Below are positions 45,674 to 53,738 of a DNA stretch of 64,000 nt, in pieces. A model generated the notes under the pieces. The model saw only the letters and a list, made by a program, of their open reading frames with translations. It made no database searches and was not told where the DNA came from. The translations under genes were made by a program, and so were the position numbers. This DNA is from Sphingosinicella sp. Its GTDB lineage: Bacteria > Pseudomonadota > Alphaproteobacteria > Sphingomonadales > Sphingomonadaceae. Numbering within the stretch: position 1 is the first letter of the stretch; each line of letters opens with the position of its first letter. The stretch spans positions 1,006,270-1,070,269 of the forward strand of contig NZ_JAYRYK010000001.1 in the NCBI RefSeq assembly GCF_041916975.1. The letters are read 5' to 3'.

Positions 45674-45740
45674 TTGATTCGTCTAACTCGTGTTTTGGAC
45701 CCCATGCCCTCCGAGCCCGGAGCGTTAAGTGACAAGCGGC

Positions 45741-46538
45741 CTAAGCGCTTGCAAGTGAATCATAAAATGCCGGCGTCAGACCGGCCTCGATTCGCGCCGA
45801 GTCGTTGAAGGGGCGTTTCAACGCACCTTTGAATCGGGAACCTACAAGCGCCTGGAACGTTTGGGCCGGTTCGATTCGCAGCTCGTCGCACAGGTGACGG
45901 AACCAGCGATTCCCCACCGAAACATGAACAATTTCATCGTGGTAGATCAGGTTCAGAATGTCGGCACCAAGGTCGTCTCCCGCTGCACGCAGGCGGGATT
46001 CGGTCGCTGGCGTCACATCGAGCCCGCGCGCTTCGAGCACCTGCGGGACCACGGCGAGCCGAGCGAGCAGGTCGTCGGCGGTCGCCATCGCGGCCTCCCA
46101 CAGGCCGTCGTGGGCGGGGAGATCGCCATAGGCCGCACCGAGGTCGGAGAGCCGATCGGCGAGCAATCCGAAATGCCGCGCCTCATCGTCCGCCACCGCC
46201 ACCCAGTCGTCGGTGAAGGCGCGCGGCATCGCTCCGCCGAAGCGGCCCGCGGCGTCCCACGCGAGATCGATGGCGTTGAACTCGATGTGCGCGAGCGCGT
46301 GGAGCAGCGCGATCCGGCTGCGCTCAGACCCCGCCCGGCCCCGCTTCGGCATCCGCGAGGGCGGCAGCAGTTCGGGGCGCGGCGGACGCGCAGGGCGATC
46401 CGGCATCGGCACGTCGTAAACGGCGGCGAGTTCGCCCGCACGCCAGCGCGCCGCATGGTGCCGCGAGAGCCGGGCCTTTTCTGCCGGGTCGGCCGTCAGC
46501 AGAACGGCCGCGGCCGCCGCGCCAATCGTGTCAGCCAA
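45741..46538 (-). CDS. DUF455 ferritin-like (MiaE-like) protein
   Basis: LLHALAHIEFNAIDLAWDA...DDEARHF...VPQVLEARGLD...IYHDEIVHV. Confidence 0.75.
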   Translation of the reverse strand: MADTIGAAAAAVLLTADPAEKARLSRHHAARWRAGELAAVYDVPMPDRPARPPRPELLPPSRMPKRGRAGSERSRIALLHALAHIEFNAIDLAWDAAGRFGGAMPRAFTDDWVAVADDEARHFGLLADRLSDLGAAYGDLPAHDGLWEAAMATADDLLARLAVVPQVLEARGLDVTPATESRLRAAGDDLGADILNLIYHDEIVHVSVGNRWFRHLCDELRIEPAQTFQALVGSRFKGALKRPFNDSARIEAGLTPAFYDSLASA

Positions 46539-46995
46539 GCGTCTGCGCCGCCTTCAGCACGGCTTCGGCATGGCCGGGCACCTTCACGTTGTGCCAAACC
46601 TCGGCGATTTTGCCGTCGCGGCCGATGAGGAAGGTGGCGCGCTCGATGCCCATGTATTTGCGGCCGTAGAGCGTCTTTTCGACCCAGACGCCGTAAGCCT
46701 CGATGGTCTTCGCATCGGGATCCGAGCCGAGCTTCACGCCGAGCTCGTGCTTCGCGCGGAACTTCCCGTGCTTCGCGACCGTGTCCTTCGAAACGCCGAG
46801 CACGACGGTATCCGCCTTTGCGAACGCCGGGAGGAGCCCGGTGAAGTCAATGGCCTCTCGCGTACAGCCGGACGTGTCATCCTTGGGATAGAAATAGAGC
46901 ACGAGCTTCTTGCCCGCGAAATCCTTCAGAGAGAGCGGCCCCTCCTCGCTGTCGAGCGTGAAGGCGGGGGCTTTCGAACCGGGCTTCGTCATCAT
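46531..46995 (-). CDS. bcp: Peroxiredoxin Bcp (thiol peroxidase)
   Basis: APAFTL...LVLYFYPKDDTSGCTREA peroxidatic-Cys motif. Start overlaps the glnE stop. Confidence 0.92.
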   Translation of the reverse strand: MMTKPGSKAPAFTLDSEEGPLSLKDFAGKKLVLYFYPKDDTSGCTREAIDFTGLLPAFAKADTVVLGVSKDTVAKHGKFRAKHELGVKLGSDPDAKTIEAYGVWVEKTLYGRKYMGIERATFLIGRDGKIAEVWHNVKVPGHAEAVLKAAQTLG

Positions 46996-49769
46996 CGTGC
47001 CTTTCGTTTGACCGCGAACACCGCCTCCCAGGCGGCAAGGACGGCCCTTTTGGCCTCCTCCAGCGCGGCTTTCAATGCGTCGAAATCGGCCAGGCCTGTC
47101 GCCGCTGCCATCATCGCCTTTGCCGCAACCGGCTGTTTCGGCGGATCCTCGCCCTCGATCAGCCGGAGTACGACGAGAAGCCGCGTCATCAGATCGTGGG
47201 CGCCGAGCACATCTTCGGGCAGCGCCCCCGCCTTCACGAAATGCGCCGTCGCCGCGCCGAGATCGGGATCGAAGCCCTCGCGGCGCGAAAGCTGAAGGAA
47301 ATGCACCATGAATTCGAGATCGATGAGCCCGCCCGGGGCGTGCTTCACATCCCACAGGCCGCCGTCGCGGTGGGCCTTCACCATGTCGCCGCGCATCTCC
47401 AGCACCTCGGCCTTGAAGCGCTCGGGATCGCGGGGTTTCATCAGCGCGGCGGCGATGCCCGCCGAGACGGCCTCTCGGTCCTCCTCCACGCCGTAAACGA
47501 CGCGCGCGCGGGTGAGCGCCATGTGCTCCCAGCTCCAGGCTTCCTCAAGCTGGTAGCGCGCGAACGTGTCGATGTTGACCGCGAGCAGCCCCTGCTGGCC
47601 GGAGGGGCGGAGGCGCGTGTCCACCTCGAACAGCGGCCCCGCCGCCGTGCTGACGGTGAGCGCGCCCGTGAGGCGCTGGCCGAGCCGGTTGAACCATGTC
47701 GTCGCTGGCAGTGCCTTCGCGCCGTCCGACATCGCCTCGTGGTGGCCGCTGAACAGGAATACGAGATCGAGATCGGATTTTTCGGTGAGAATGGCGCCGC
47801 CGTAGCGGCCGAAGCCCAGCACCAGCAGGCGCCCGCCGGAGACGCGCCCGTGCGTTTCGGCGAACTCGGCCTGCACCGCGTCGGCGAGCACGGCGATCGC
47901 GGCGTCGGCAAGCTTGGCGTGATCGCGCCCAACGCGGATCGGGTCCGCGCCACCCTCGATGATCTGCACGCCGAGCTGGAAGCGGCGCTCCGCCACAAAG
48001 CGGCGCACCTCGTCGAGCTTCAGTTCGAGCGCGTCGTGGCGGCGCAGGCGCGCGCGCAGCATATCGGTGAGGTCTTCCGTACACGGCAGCGGCGCGAACG
48101 CCTCGTTCGACAACATGATGTCGACGATCTCCGGCCGCCGCGCGAGCTTGCCCGCGAGCACCGGGGCCAGTTCCAGCACGCGCGCGAGCAGAAGCGCGAC
48201 GCGGGGGTTTGCCTCGATGAGCGCGAAGAACTGGATCGACGAGGGCAGCGCGCCGAGGAAATCGTCGAAGCGCAGCAGCGCCTCGCGGCCCGTTCCCGCT
48301 TCCGCGAAGGCTTTGACGAGACCGGGGAGTGCGCTTTCAAGCTCGCGCTGGGCCGCATCGCTGCGCAGCGCGCGATAGCTGCGGTCGCGCCAGCGGGCGA
48401 TGAGGTCGGCAAGGTCGGCGTGCGGGCCGATCCCGGCTTTCTTGAGCGCGGCCTTGAGCTGCGCAGGCTGGCGCGGCAACCGGTCCACCTCCGCCTCGGC
48501 GATGAGCGCGTCGTAGATGCGGCCGACGGCGGTCGCGTGGCGCTTGATCTCGCGCTCCATCGCCGCCCAGTCGCGGTAGCCCGCAAGTGCCGCCAGATCC
48601 TTGCGTTCGGGCGCGCGCGTCGGGATCTGGTGCGTCTGCGCGTCTTCCAGCATCTGGAGGCGATGTTCCGCAGTACGCAGGGCACGGTAGGCGTTGGCGA
48701 GCGTTTCGGCCTCATCGGGCTTGATGCGCTCCGCCGCGACCAGCGCCGCGAGCGCGTCCAGCGTCGCGGGCTGGCGCAGCGTCCAATCGCGCCCGCCAAA
48801 GATCAGCTGGTGGATCTGCGCGAAGAACTCGACCTCGCGGATGCCCCCGCGCCCGCGCTTCAGGCAATAGCCGGGGCCGACCTCCTGCCGCTCGTCGTAA
48901 TGATCACGGATCATCAACGACATGTCCTGAATGTCGCGCACCGCCGTGTAGTCGAGCGAGCGGCGCCAGACGAACGGTTCGATTGCGGCGAGGAAATCGT
49001 CGCCCATCTTCACGTCGCCACCCACGGCGCGCGCGCGGATGAACGCCGCGCGCTCCCACGCCAGCGCTTCGGACTGGTAATAGGTCTCAGCCCCCCGGAT
49101 CGGCATGGCGATCGGCGTCACCTCGGAAGCCGGACGCAGACGGAGATCGACGCGAAACACGTAGCCACCCGAATCGCGCGTCTGCATCAGCTCGACCATG
49201 CGGCGGGCGATGCGGACGGCAGTATTGTCCGGGTCGTCACCCTCGCGCACGACGAGCCGATCGCGGTCGTAGAGCAGGATCAGGTCGACATCGCTCGAAT
49301 AGTTGAGCTCGCGGCTGCCGAGCTTGCCGAGCGCGATGGCGGTAAAGCCATCCGGCTCCGCGCCGGGAATGCGCTCGTCTACGGCGATGCGGATCGCGCG
49401 GTCGATGGCGCGGTCAGCAAGGTCCGAAAGCGCCGCTGTTACCTTTTCGAGCGGCCAGCGGCCGGAAATGTCGGCGAGCGCGATGGCAATAGCCGCGATC
49501 CGCTTCGCCTCGCGCATCGCGGCACCATCTGCATCCGGGGCGGCGAGCAGTGCCAGCGCCGTTTCCATCAGCGGTTCGGGGCCTTCCGCAAGGTAACGCA
49601 GGAGGACTTCGTCCTCGCGGCGCATCAGCGAGCGCAGGTACGGAGAGTGCGCCCATGCGCGGGCACAGGCGTCCACGTCCTCAGGCACATCCTCAGGCGT
49701 GCCGGTAACGCCGGCTTCGGCAAGGATACGTTGAAGTTCGGCCGGCAGCGCTGGCGTCGTCTCCGCCAA
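46992..49769 (-). CDS. glnE: Bifunctional glutamine synthetase adenylyltransferase / adenylyl-removing enzyme
   Basis: 925 aa with two NTase repeats (LGKLGSRELNYSSDVDLI and GFGRYGGAILTEKSDLDLVF). The start is TTG 49769 as given by the track. Confidence 0.95.
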   Translation of the reverse strand: MAETTPALPAELQRILAEAGVTGTPEDVPEDVDACARAWAHSPYLRSLMRREDEVLLRYLAEGPEPLMETALALLAAPDADGAAMREAKRIAAIAIALADISGRWPLEKVTAALSDLADRAIDRAIRIAVDERIPGAEPDGFTAIALGKLGSRELNYSSDVDLILLYDRDRLVVREGDDPDNTAVRIARRMVELMQTRDSGGYVFRVDLRLRPASEVTPIAMPIRGAETYYQSEALAWERAAFIRARAVGGDVKMGDDFLAAIEPFVWRRSLDYTAVRDIQDMSLMIRDHYDERQEVGPGYCLKRGRGGIREVEFFAQIHQLIFGGRDWTLRQPATLDALAALVAAERIKPDEAETLANAYRALRTAEHRLQMLEDAQTHQIPTRAPERKDLAALAGYRDWAAMEREIKRHATAVGRIYDALIAEAEVDRLPRQPAQLKAALKKAGIGPHADLADLIARWRDRSYRALRSDAAQRELESALPGLVKAFAEAGTGREALLRFDDFLGALPSSIQFFALIEANPRVALLLARVLELAPVLAGKLARRPEIVDIMLSNEAFAPLPCTEDLTDMLRARLRRHDALELKLDEVRRFVAERRFQLGVQIIEGGADPIRVGRDHAKLADAAIAVLADAVQAEFAETHGRVSGGRLLVLGFGRYGGAILTEKSDLDLVFLFSGHHEAMSDGAKALPATTWFNRLGQRLTGALTVSTAAGPLFEVDTRLRPSGQQGLLAVNIDTFARYQLEEAWSWEHMALTRARVVYGVEEDREAVSAGIAAALMKPRDPERFKAEVLEMRGDMVKAHRDGGLWDVKHAPGGLIDLEFMVHFLQLSRREGFDPDLGAATAHFVKAGALPEDVLGAHDLMTRLLVVLRLIEGEDPPKQPVAAKAMMAAATGLADFDALKAALEEAKRAVLAAWEAVFAVKRKAR

Positions 49770-49783
49770 GGAGAACCCTTTCG

Positions 49784-50530
49784 TTATTCGCGCGCCAGCT
49801 GATCCACCTGTCCCATGATCTCGTCAAGCGCGGTCGTGCCCGATGCGGTCGAACCGCGCCGCGAGGGCAGCTTCCCTTCCGCGATGACCAGCTCGAGCGC
49901 AGCGCGGCCTCGCGCGACGCGGCTCTTGATGGTGCCGACCGCACAATCGCATATGGTCGCCGCCTCCTCATAGGCAAAGCCGCCCGCGCCGACGAGGATC
50001 AGCGCCTCGCGCTGCGCCGACGGCAGTTCGAGGAGCGCGCGCTGCAGATCGGCAAGCTCGATCTGCTTGTCCTGCCCGGCAGGGGCGGAGAGCAGGCGAT
50101 CGGCGACGAGTTCGTCCCATTCCCCCTTGAAGCGCGAGCGCCGCATCTGGCTGAGGAAGAGGTTGCGAAGGATGATGAAGGTCCAAGCGCGAATGTTCGT
50201 CCCTGCCTGAAAGCGATCTCGTGCCGCCCACGCCTTCAGCAGCGTTTCCTGCACGAGGTCGTCCGCCATGTCGCGATTGCCCGAAAGCGAACGCCCAAAG
50301 GCGCGCAGCTGCGGGATGATCGCCGAAAGCTCGTCTTTGAACGCCTTGTCGGAAAGCTGGCCCTTCTTCGGCTCTTCGGGGCTCGATTCGAGCCTCGCGA
50401 GCAGGTCGAGAAACGCCTGCGGCAGGGGCTGCGTCGCCGCATCGGCATAGGCCGAGCGCAGGAAGCCCCCGATCACGTCCGGACTCACGGGACTGGTGCC
50501 GTCCTGACGGCCGATCCTTTGTTCGATCAT
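49784..50530 (-). CDS. ecfG: EcfG-type ECF sigma factor carrying an in-frame N-terminal NepR-like anti-sigma motif
   Basis: Residues ~61-248 have DELSAIIPQLRAFGRSLSGNRDMADDLVQETLLKAWAARDRFQAGTNIRAWTFIILRNLF and a region-4 HTH (ECF15/EcfG hallmarks). Residues 19-48, VIGGFLRSAYADAATQPLPQAFLDLLARLE, match the NepR core. No stop or usable start codon lies between them. GAGGGG lies upstream of ATG 50530. Confidence 0.8.
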   Translation of the reverse strand: MIEQRIGRQDGTSPVSPDVIGGFLRSAYADAATQPLPQAFLDLLARLESSPEEPKKGQLSDKAFKDELSAIIPQLRAFGRSLSGNRDMADDLVQETLLKAWAARDRFQAGTNIRAWTFIILRNLFLSQMRRSRFKGEWDELVADRLLSAPAGQDKQIELADLQRALLELPSAQREALILVGAGGFAYEEAATICDCAVGTIKSRVARGRAALELVIAEGKLPSRRGSTASGTTALDEIMGQVDQLARE

Positions 50531-50553
50531 AAATTTCCCCTCGGACTCTGGCT

Positions 50554-50694
50554 TCAGCGCGACCAGAAAAACAGCAGCGCCGCGAAGATCACAACGACCA
50601 TCGTGACCGAAAACAGCAGGATGTAGCGGACGATATGAGGGGTTTCCCCTGCCCTCGCCTGGTTCGTCCTCAGTGTTTCGTGGTCCTGTTCCAT
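50554..50694 (-). CDS. Small (46 aa) single-pass membrane protein, hypothetical
   Basis: ATG 50694 is preceded by AGGAG at ~9 nt. MEQDHETLRTNQARAGETPHIVRYILLFSVTMVVVIFAALLFFWSR. Sits between phyR and the sigma gene. Confidence 0.4.
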   Translation of the reverse strand: MEQDHETLRTNQARAGETPHIVRYILLFSVTMVVVIFAALLFFWSR

Positions 50695-50763
50695 GGCCGT
50701 TGGCTCCTGGTTGTGAAGGCTATGCCCCTGCCCGCCCACGCACAAGGCGGCGAAGGCGGACCG

Positions 50764-51558
50764 TCATCGCATCGCCGCGGTGCTGTTGAAGAAAAGCGCC
50801 TGCGCAATCGCCGCCGAGACGGTCGAACGCTGGAACGGCTTTGTGATGAGGAAGGTCGGCTCCGGACGCTCGCCGGTGAGCAAGCGTTCCGGAAAGGCCG
50901 TGATGAAGATCACGGGCACCGAGAAGCGGCCAAGGATATCCTTCACCGCATCGATGCCGGAGCTGTCGTCGGCAAGCTGGATGTCCGCGAGCACGAGCCC
51001 CGGCTCGGCGTCGATCGCCAGCGCCACCGCCTCATCGCGCGTTACCGCGATGCCGGTCACGTCGTGGCCGAGATCGCGCACGATGCTGTCGAGGTCCATG
51101 CCGATGATCGGCTCGTCCTCGATGATCAGTACCCGCGTGCGCGTCTGCCGACTGATTTCGTCCATCGCTTCCTTGACGAGGCCCGAGACACTGTCCGGGT
51201 CCAGATCGATGAGATAGCCGACGTCTTCGTGCGAAAATCCCTCCATCGCGGTCAGCAGCAGCGCCTGCCGTGACAGCGGCGTGATCGCCGCGAGACGTTC
51301 GTGGGCGGCGCGTTCGAAATCGGATGCCGCCGGTTCCTCCGAATCCACATCGATGTTCGAAGACGCCCAAATGGCGTGGAAGACGCGGTAGAGCGCCAGC
51401 CGTTCATCCACATCGCTCGGGAAATCCTGCGGCGCGCTAACGATCGCTTCCAGTGCCGCGCGCACATAGGTGTCTCCGTCACGCTGAGTTCCCGTCAGCG
51501 CCCGCGCATATCGGCGGAGCAACGGAAGATGCGGCGCGAGCTTCGCTGCCAATGTCAT
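50764..51558 (-). CDS. phyR: Anti-anti-sigma response regulator PhyR
   Basis: 264 aa. N-terminal sigma-like domain (LPLLRRYARALTG...) plus a C-terminal receiver (RVLIIEDEPII...VLADIQLAD...VIFITA). Confidence 0.93.
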   Translation of the reverse strand: MTLAAKLAPHLPLLRRYARALTGTQRDGDTYVRAALEAIVSAPQDFPSDVDERLALYRVFHAIWASSNIDVDSEEPAASDFERAAHERLAAITPLSRQALLLTAMEGFSHEDVGYLIDLDPDSVSGLVKEAMDEISRQTRTRVLIIEDEPIIGMDLDSIVRDLGHDVTGIAVTRDEAVALAIDAEPGLVLADIQLADDSSGIDAVKDILGRFSVPVIFITAFPERLLTGERPEPTFLITKPFQRSTVSAAIAQALFFNSTAAMR

Positions 51559-51633
51559 GTGTTCGTCTGCCTCCTCGAAACCCGGACCACCCCCGAATGG
51601 TGGCCGCCCCACGCGAAAGTGGCGGCAAGCATT

Positions 51634-51660
51634 GGAACGGTCGAGGCTTTCTTTTGTTTC
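51634..51660. promoter_or_regulatory. Overlapping face-to-face EcfG-like promoter elements in the phyR / kinase divergent spacer
   Basis: The + strand reads GGAAC-N16-TGTT (51634-51658). The - strand reads GAAAC-N16-CGTT (51660-51636). Each has one mismatch to GGAAC-N16/17-CGTT. Confidence 0.4.
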
Positions 51661-51687
51661 GCCCCATATCTAAGTTCGTTGAGGACA

Positions 51688-53361
51688 ATGGCTGAAAAAC
51701 CAGAAATCCACGGTTCGCGCCAAGATTCAGGCCAAAGTTCGGGCCAGAGTTCACGCGCGCGGCGCTCGCTGTCGTTTCAGCTTGCGGTCGCGCTTACGCT
51801 GGCTCTGCTGCCGATCGGCATTCTCGCCGCCGTGTTGGCTGCCGACGGCATCCGCAGCGCGCGCGAGGCTGAACTGGTGCGCGCCGAAAACCAGTTCCGC
51901 GCCACTGCCCGCGTCGTCGACGATCTGCTCAGCGTCGATTTCCTTGTCCTGCGTGCACTGCTTCGCAACGAGAGCGGCCTTCACGAGGGCCGAACGTGCA
52001 ACGCAGAGGCGGCAAACGCGCTCGACGATGCGGAAACCTTCGATGCGATCGTCTGGGCCGACGGTCTTGGCCGACCGATCTGCGAAAGCCGCGGCGGCAT
52101 CAAACCATCCGCTGCCGAGCTCACCCGCCTTGCAGCGGAGAGCGAGCGCGAACACCTGATCTGGCCGGGAGGCGATCACGTGTTCTTCGCGGTGCGCGAG
52201 GAACCGGAAACCGGAAAGCCCGGGCTTGTCGTTGCAACGGCATCGGTTTCGCGCCTGAAAGCGCGCCTGCGCGAGATCGCGGCGATGGAAGGCGCGGCCA
52301 CCGTATGGCTGGGCGACAAGCCCATCCTCGGCAATCCGCCGGATGACGCCGCGGCGCCCGGCGGACTCCTTACCGTGCGGCGCCTCGCGGAGTCCGGCGG
52401 GCGCGATCAGGTGGTCGCGGCGGGACCGCTTTCGATCGCGCCGTTCGCGCTCACCACGGTCGTTCCCGCAACCCGTCTTGCGGTTGCAGACGTGTTGGCG
52501 ATCGCAGCGCCTTCGCTGATGTGGATCGCCGCGCTGCTCATCGGCTGGATGGTCGTGCGGCGCTTCGTCGTGCGCCCGCTGCAAAACATGGCAAGCGGCG
52601 TACGCGCATATGGTGCGGGAGATAATCTTGTGCGCCTTTCCGGGCGCGCCGGGCGAACAGACGAGATGCAGGCCTTCGCCGAAACCTTCGACACGATGGC
52701 TCAGGACATGGCGGAGGCGCGGCATGAGGTGGATGCCGCGCTCAGCGAACAGCGCCGTCTGACGCGCGAAGTCCATCACCGCGTGAAGAATAACCTGCAG
52801 ATCATCGCCAGCCTGATCAGCATCCAGGCGCGCGAGGCAGACGGTGCCGATGTCGCGCGGGCTTATGCCAGCATCCAGATGCGCGTCGGCGCGCTGTCGA
52901 TCGTGCACCGCTGGCTCTATGAGGAAAGCGAAGCGCAGGGTGTCGATTTCACGGCGCTCACCCACGACCTCTGCGCCAGCCTCCAGCAGATCATTCCGAG
53001 CGCGAAGCTCGTTGAGCCCCGTATCAACACGCACCTCGAGCGCCTGCACATCAGCCAGGACGCCGCCGTGCCGCTCGCGTTCCTCATCACCGAGGTGATC
53101 GCGTTCGCCGCCCGTCTTGCCGCGGCGGAGGGCCGTGAAAAGATGGTGATCGACATTCATGTCCGCCGCACCGAAACCGGCGGCGAATTGCAAATCTGCT
53201 CGGATGCGTTCGGAGAGGACGATCCGCTGGCACCGACAGAGACACGTGCCGCCGCGCGCATCGTGAACGGCATGGTCCGCCAGCTCCGCGGGCACCTCAA
53301 CTTCGATGCCGACGTACCCTGCTATACCGTAGGCTTCCCCCTCAAACCGCGGGTGGGATAA
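51688..53361 (+). CDS. Membrane sensor histidine kinase, HisKA_2/HWE type (PhyK-like)
   Basis: Two TM segments flank a periplasmic domain, then a HAMP-like linker, the H-box LTREVHHRVKNNLQIIASLISIQ and an ATPase domain. GAGGA lies upstream of ATG 51688. Confidence 0.85.
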   Translation: MAEKPEIHGSRQDSGQSSGQSSRARRSLSFQLAVALTLALLPIGILAAVLAADGIRSAREAELVRAENQFRATARVVDDLLSVDFLVLRALLRNESGLHEGRTCNAEAANALDDAETFDAIVWADGLGRPICESRGGIKPSAAELTRLAAESEREHLIWPGGDHVFFAVREEPETGKPGLVVATASVSRLKARLREIAAMEGAATVWLGDKPILGNPPDDAAAPGGLLTVRRLAESGGRDQVVAAGPLSIAPFALTTVVPATRLAVADVLAIAAPSLMWIAALLIGWMVVRRFVVRPLQNMASGVRAYGAGDNLVRLSGRAGRTDEMQAFAETFDTMAQDMAEARHEVDAALSEQRRLTREVHHRVKNNLQIIASLISIQAREADGADVARAYASIQMRVGALSIVHRWLYEESEAQGVDFTALTHDLCASLQQIIPSAKLVEPRINTHLERLHISQDAAVPLAFLITEVIAFAARLAAAEGREKMVIDIHVRRTETGGELQICSDAFGEDDPLAPTETRAAARIVNGMVRQLRGHLNFDADVPCYTVGFPLKPRVG

Positions 53362-53377
53362 ATTTCTTTCAGGCGAT

Positions 53378-53402
53378 GGAACCATGCCGGTGATTCGCCG
53401 TT
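53378..53402 (+). promoter_or_regulatory. Perfect EcfG-type promoter GGAAC-N16-CGTT
   Basis: GGAAC (53378-53382), catgccggtgattcgc, CGTT (53399-53402). Located 17 nt after the kinase stop, in a non-coding spacer beside the general-stress locus. Confidence 0.6.
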
Positions 53403-53408
53403 TATGCG

Positions 53409-53500
53409 GCACGGACAGCGAACTTTGCCCCCCGCTCTCGCTGCCCCACCAGAGCCCGGTTGCCTGCTCCCCCCGCCGGCATCGGGCTCTTTTCTTTTTT
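53409..53500 (+). ncRNA. Candidate EcfG-dependent small RNA (~90 nt) with two C-rich hairpin loops
   Basis: Bounded by the perfect EcfG promoter and an intrinsic terminator. Hairpin 1 has stem cagcg/cgctg with loop aactttgCCCCCCgctct. Hairpin 2 is the terminator, with apical loop tgctCCCCCCgcc. No ORF with an RBS is present. Confidence 0.4.
53451..53500 (+). terminator. Rho-independent terminator
   Basis: Stem agagcccg(g)t / a(t)cgggctct (53451-53460 / 53481-53490) with an inner gcc/ggc extension, followed by tttctttttt. Confidence 0.6.
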
Positions 53501-53579
53501 GTGCTGCTCCCGGAACGGTCCGATGAAACCTATTGAGGCCACGACCGTTTTTCATGGGCAGTTTATCTGGAGAATGAAC

Positions 53580-53711
53580 ATGCGCACGAAAACGGGTACC
53601 AAACTCGCAGTCATCATGGCCTTGCTGGCCATCACCGCCTGCAACACGGTCGAAGGCGTCGGCAAGGACGTGCAATCGGCCGGTGAAACGGTCGAGGACG
53701 CGGCCAACTAA
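53580..53711 (+). CDS. Entericidin A/B-family small lipoprotein
   Basis: 43 aa. MRTKTGTKLAVIMALLAITACNTVEGVGKDVQSAGETVEDAAN: lipobox plus the GxGxD.....G motif. GGAGA lies 7 nt upstream of ATG 53580. Confidence 0.75.
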   Translation: MRTKTGTKLAVIMALLAITACNTVEGVGKDVQSAGETVEDAAN

Positions 53712-53738
53712 GGGTGAAAAATGGAGACGGGGACGCGG

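Noticed and set aside
47196-49802. 868-aa plus-strand ORF
   Set aside because: It is antisense to glnE, which has both NTase repeats intact. It is a shadow ORF.
51301-51687. N-terminal extension of the kinase ORF overlapping phyR
   Set aside because: It overlaps the phyR coding sequence on the opposite strand. ATG 51688 has a GAGGA RBS and is followed by the first TM segment.
51751-53412. 553-aa minus-strand ORF
   Set aside because: It is antisense to the HisKA_2 kinase gene, whose H-box and TM topology are clear. The composition is Arg/His-rich.
53512-53549. Second GGAAC element upstream of the entericidin-like gene
   Set aside because: The nearest CGTT is 29 nt away, whereas the consensus spacing is 16-17 nt. 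It is not a credible EcfG promoter.
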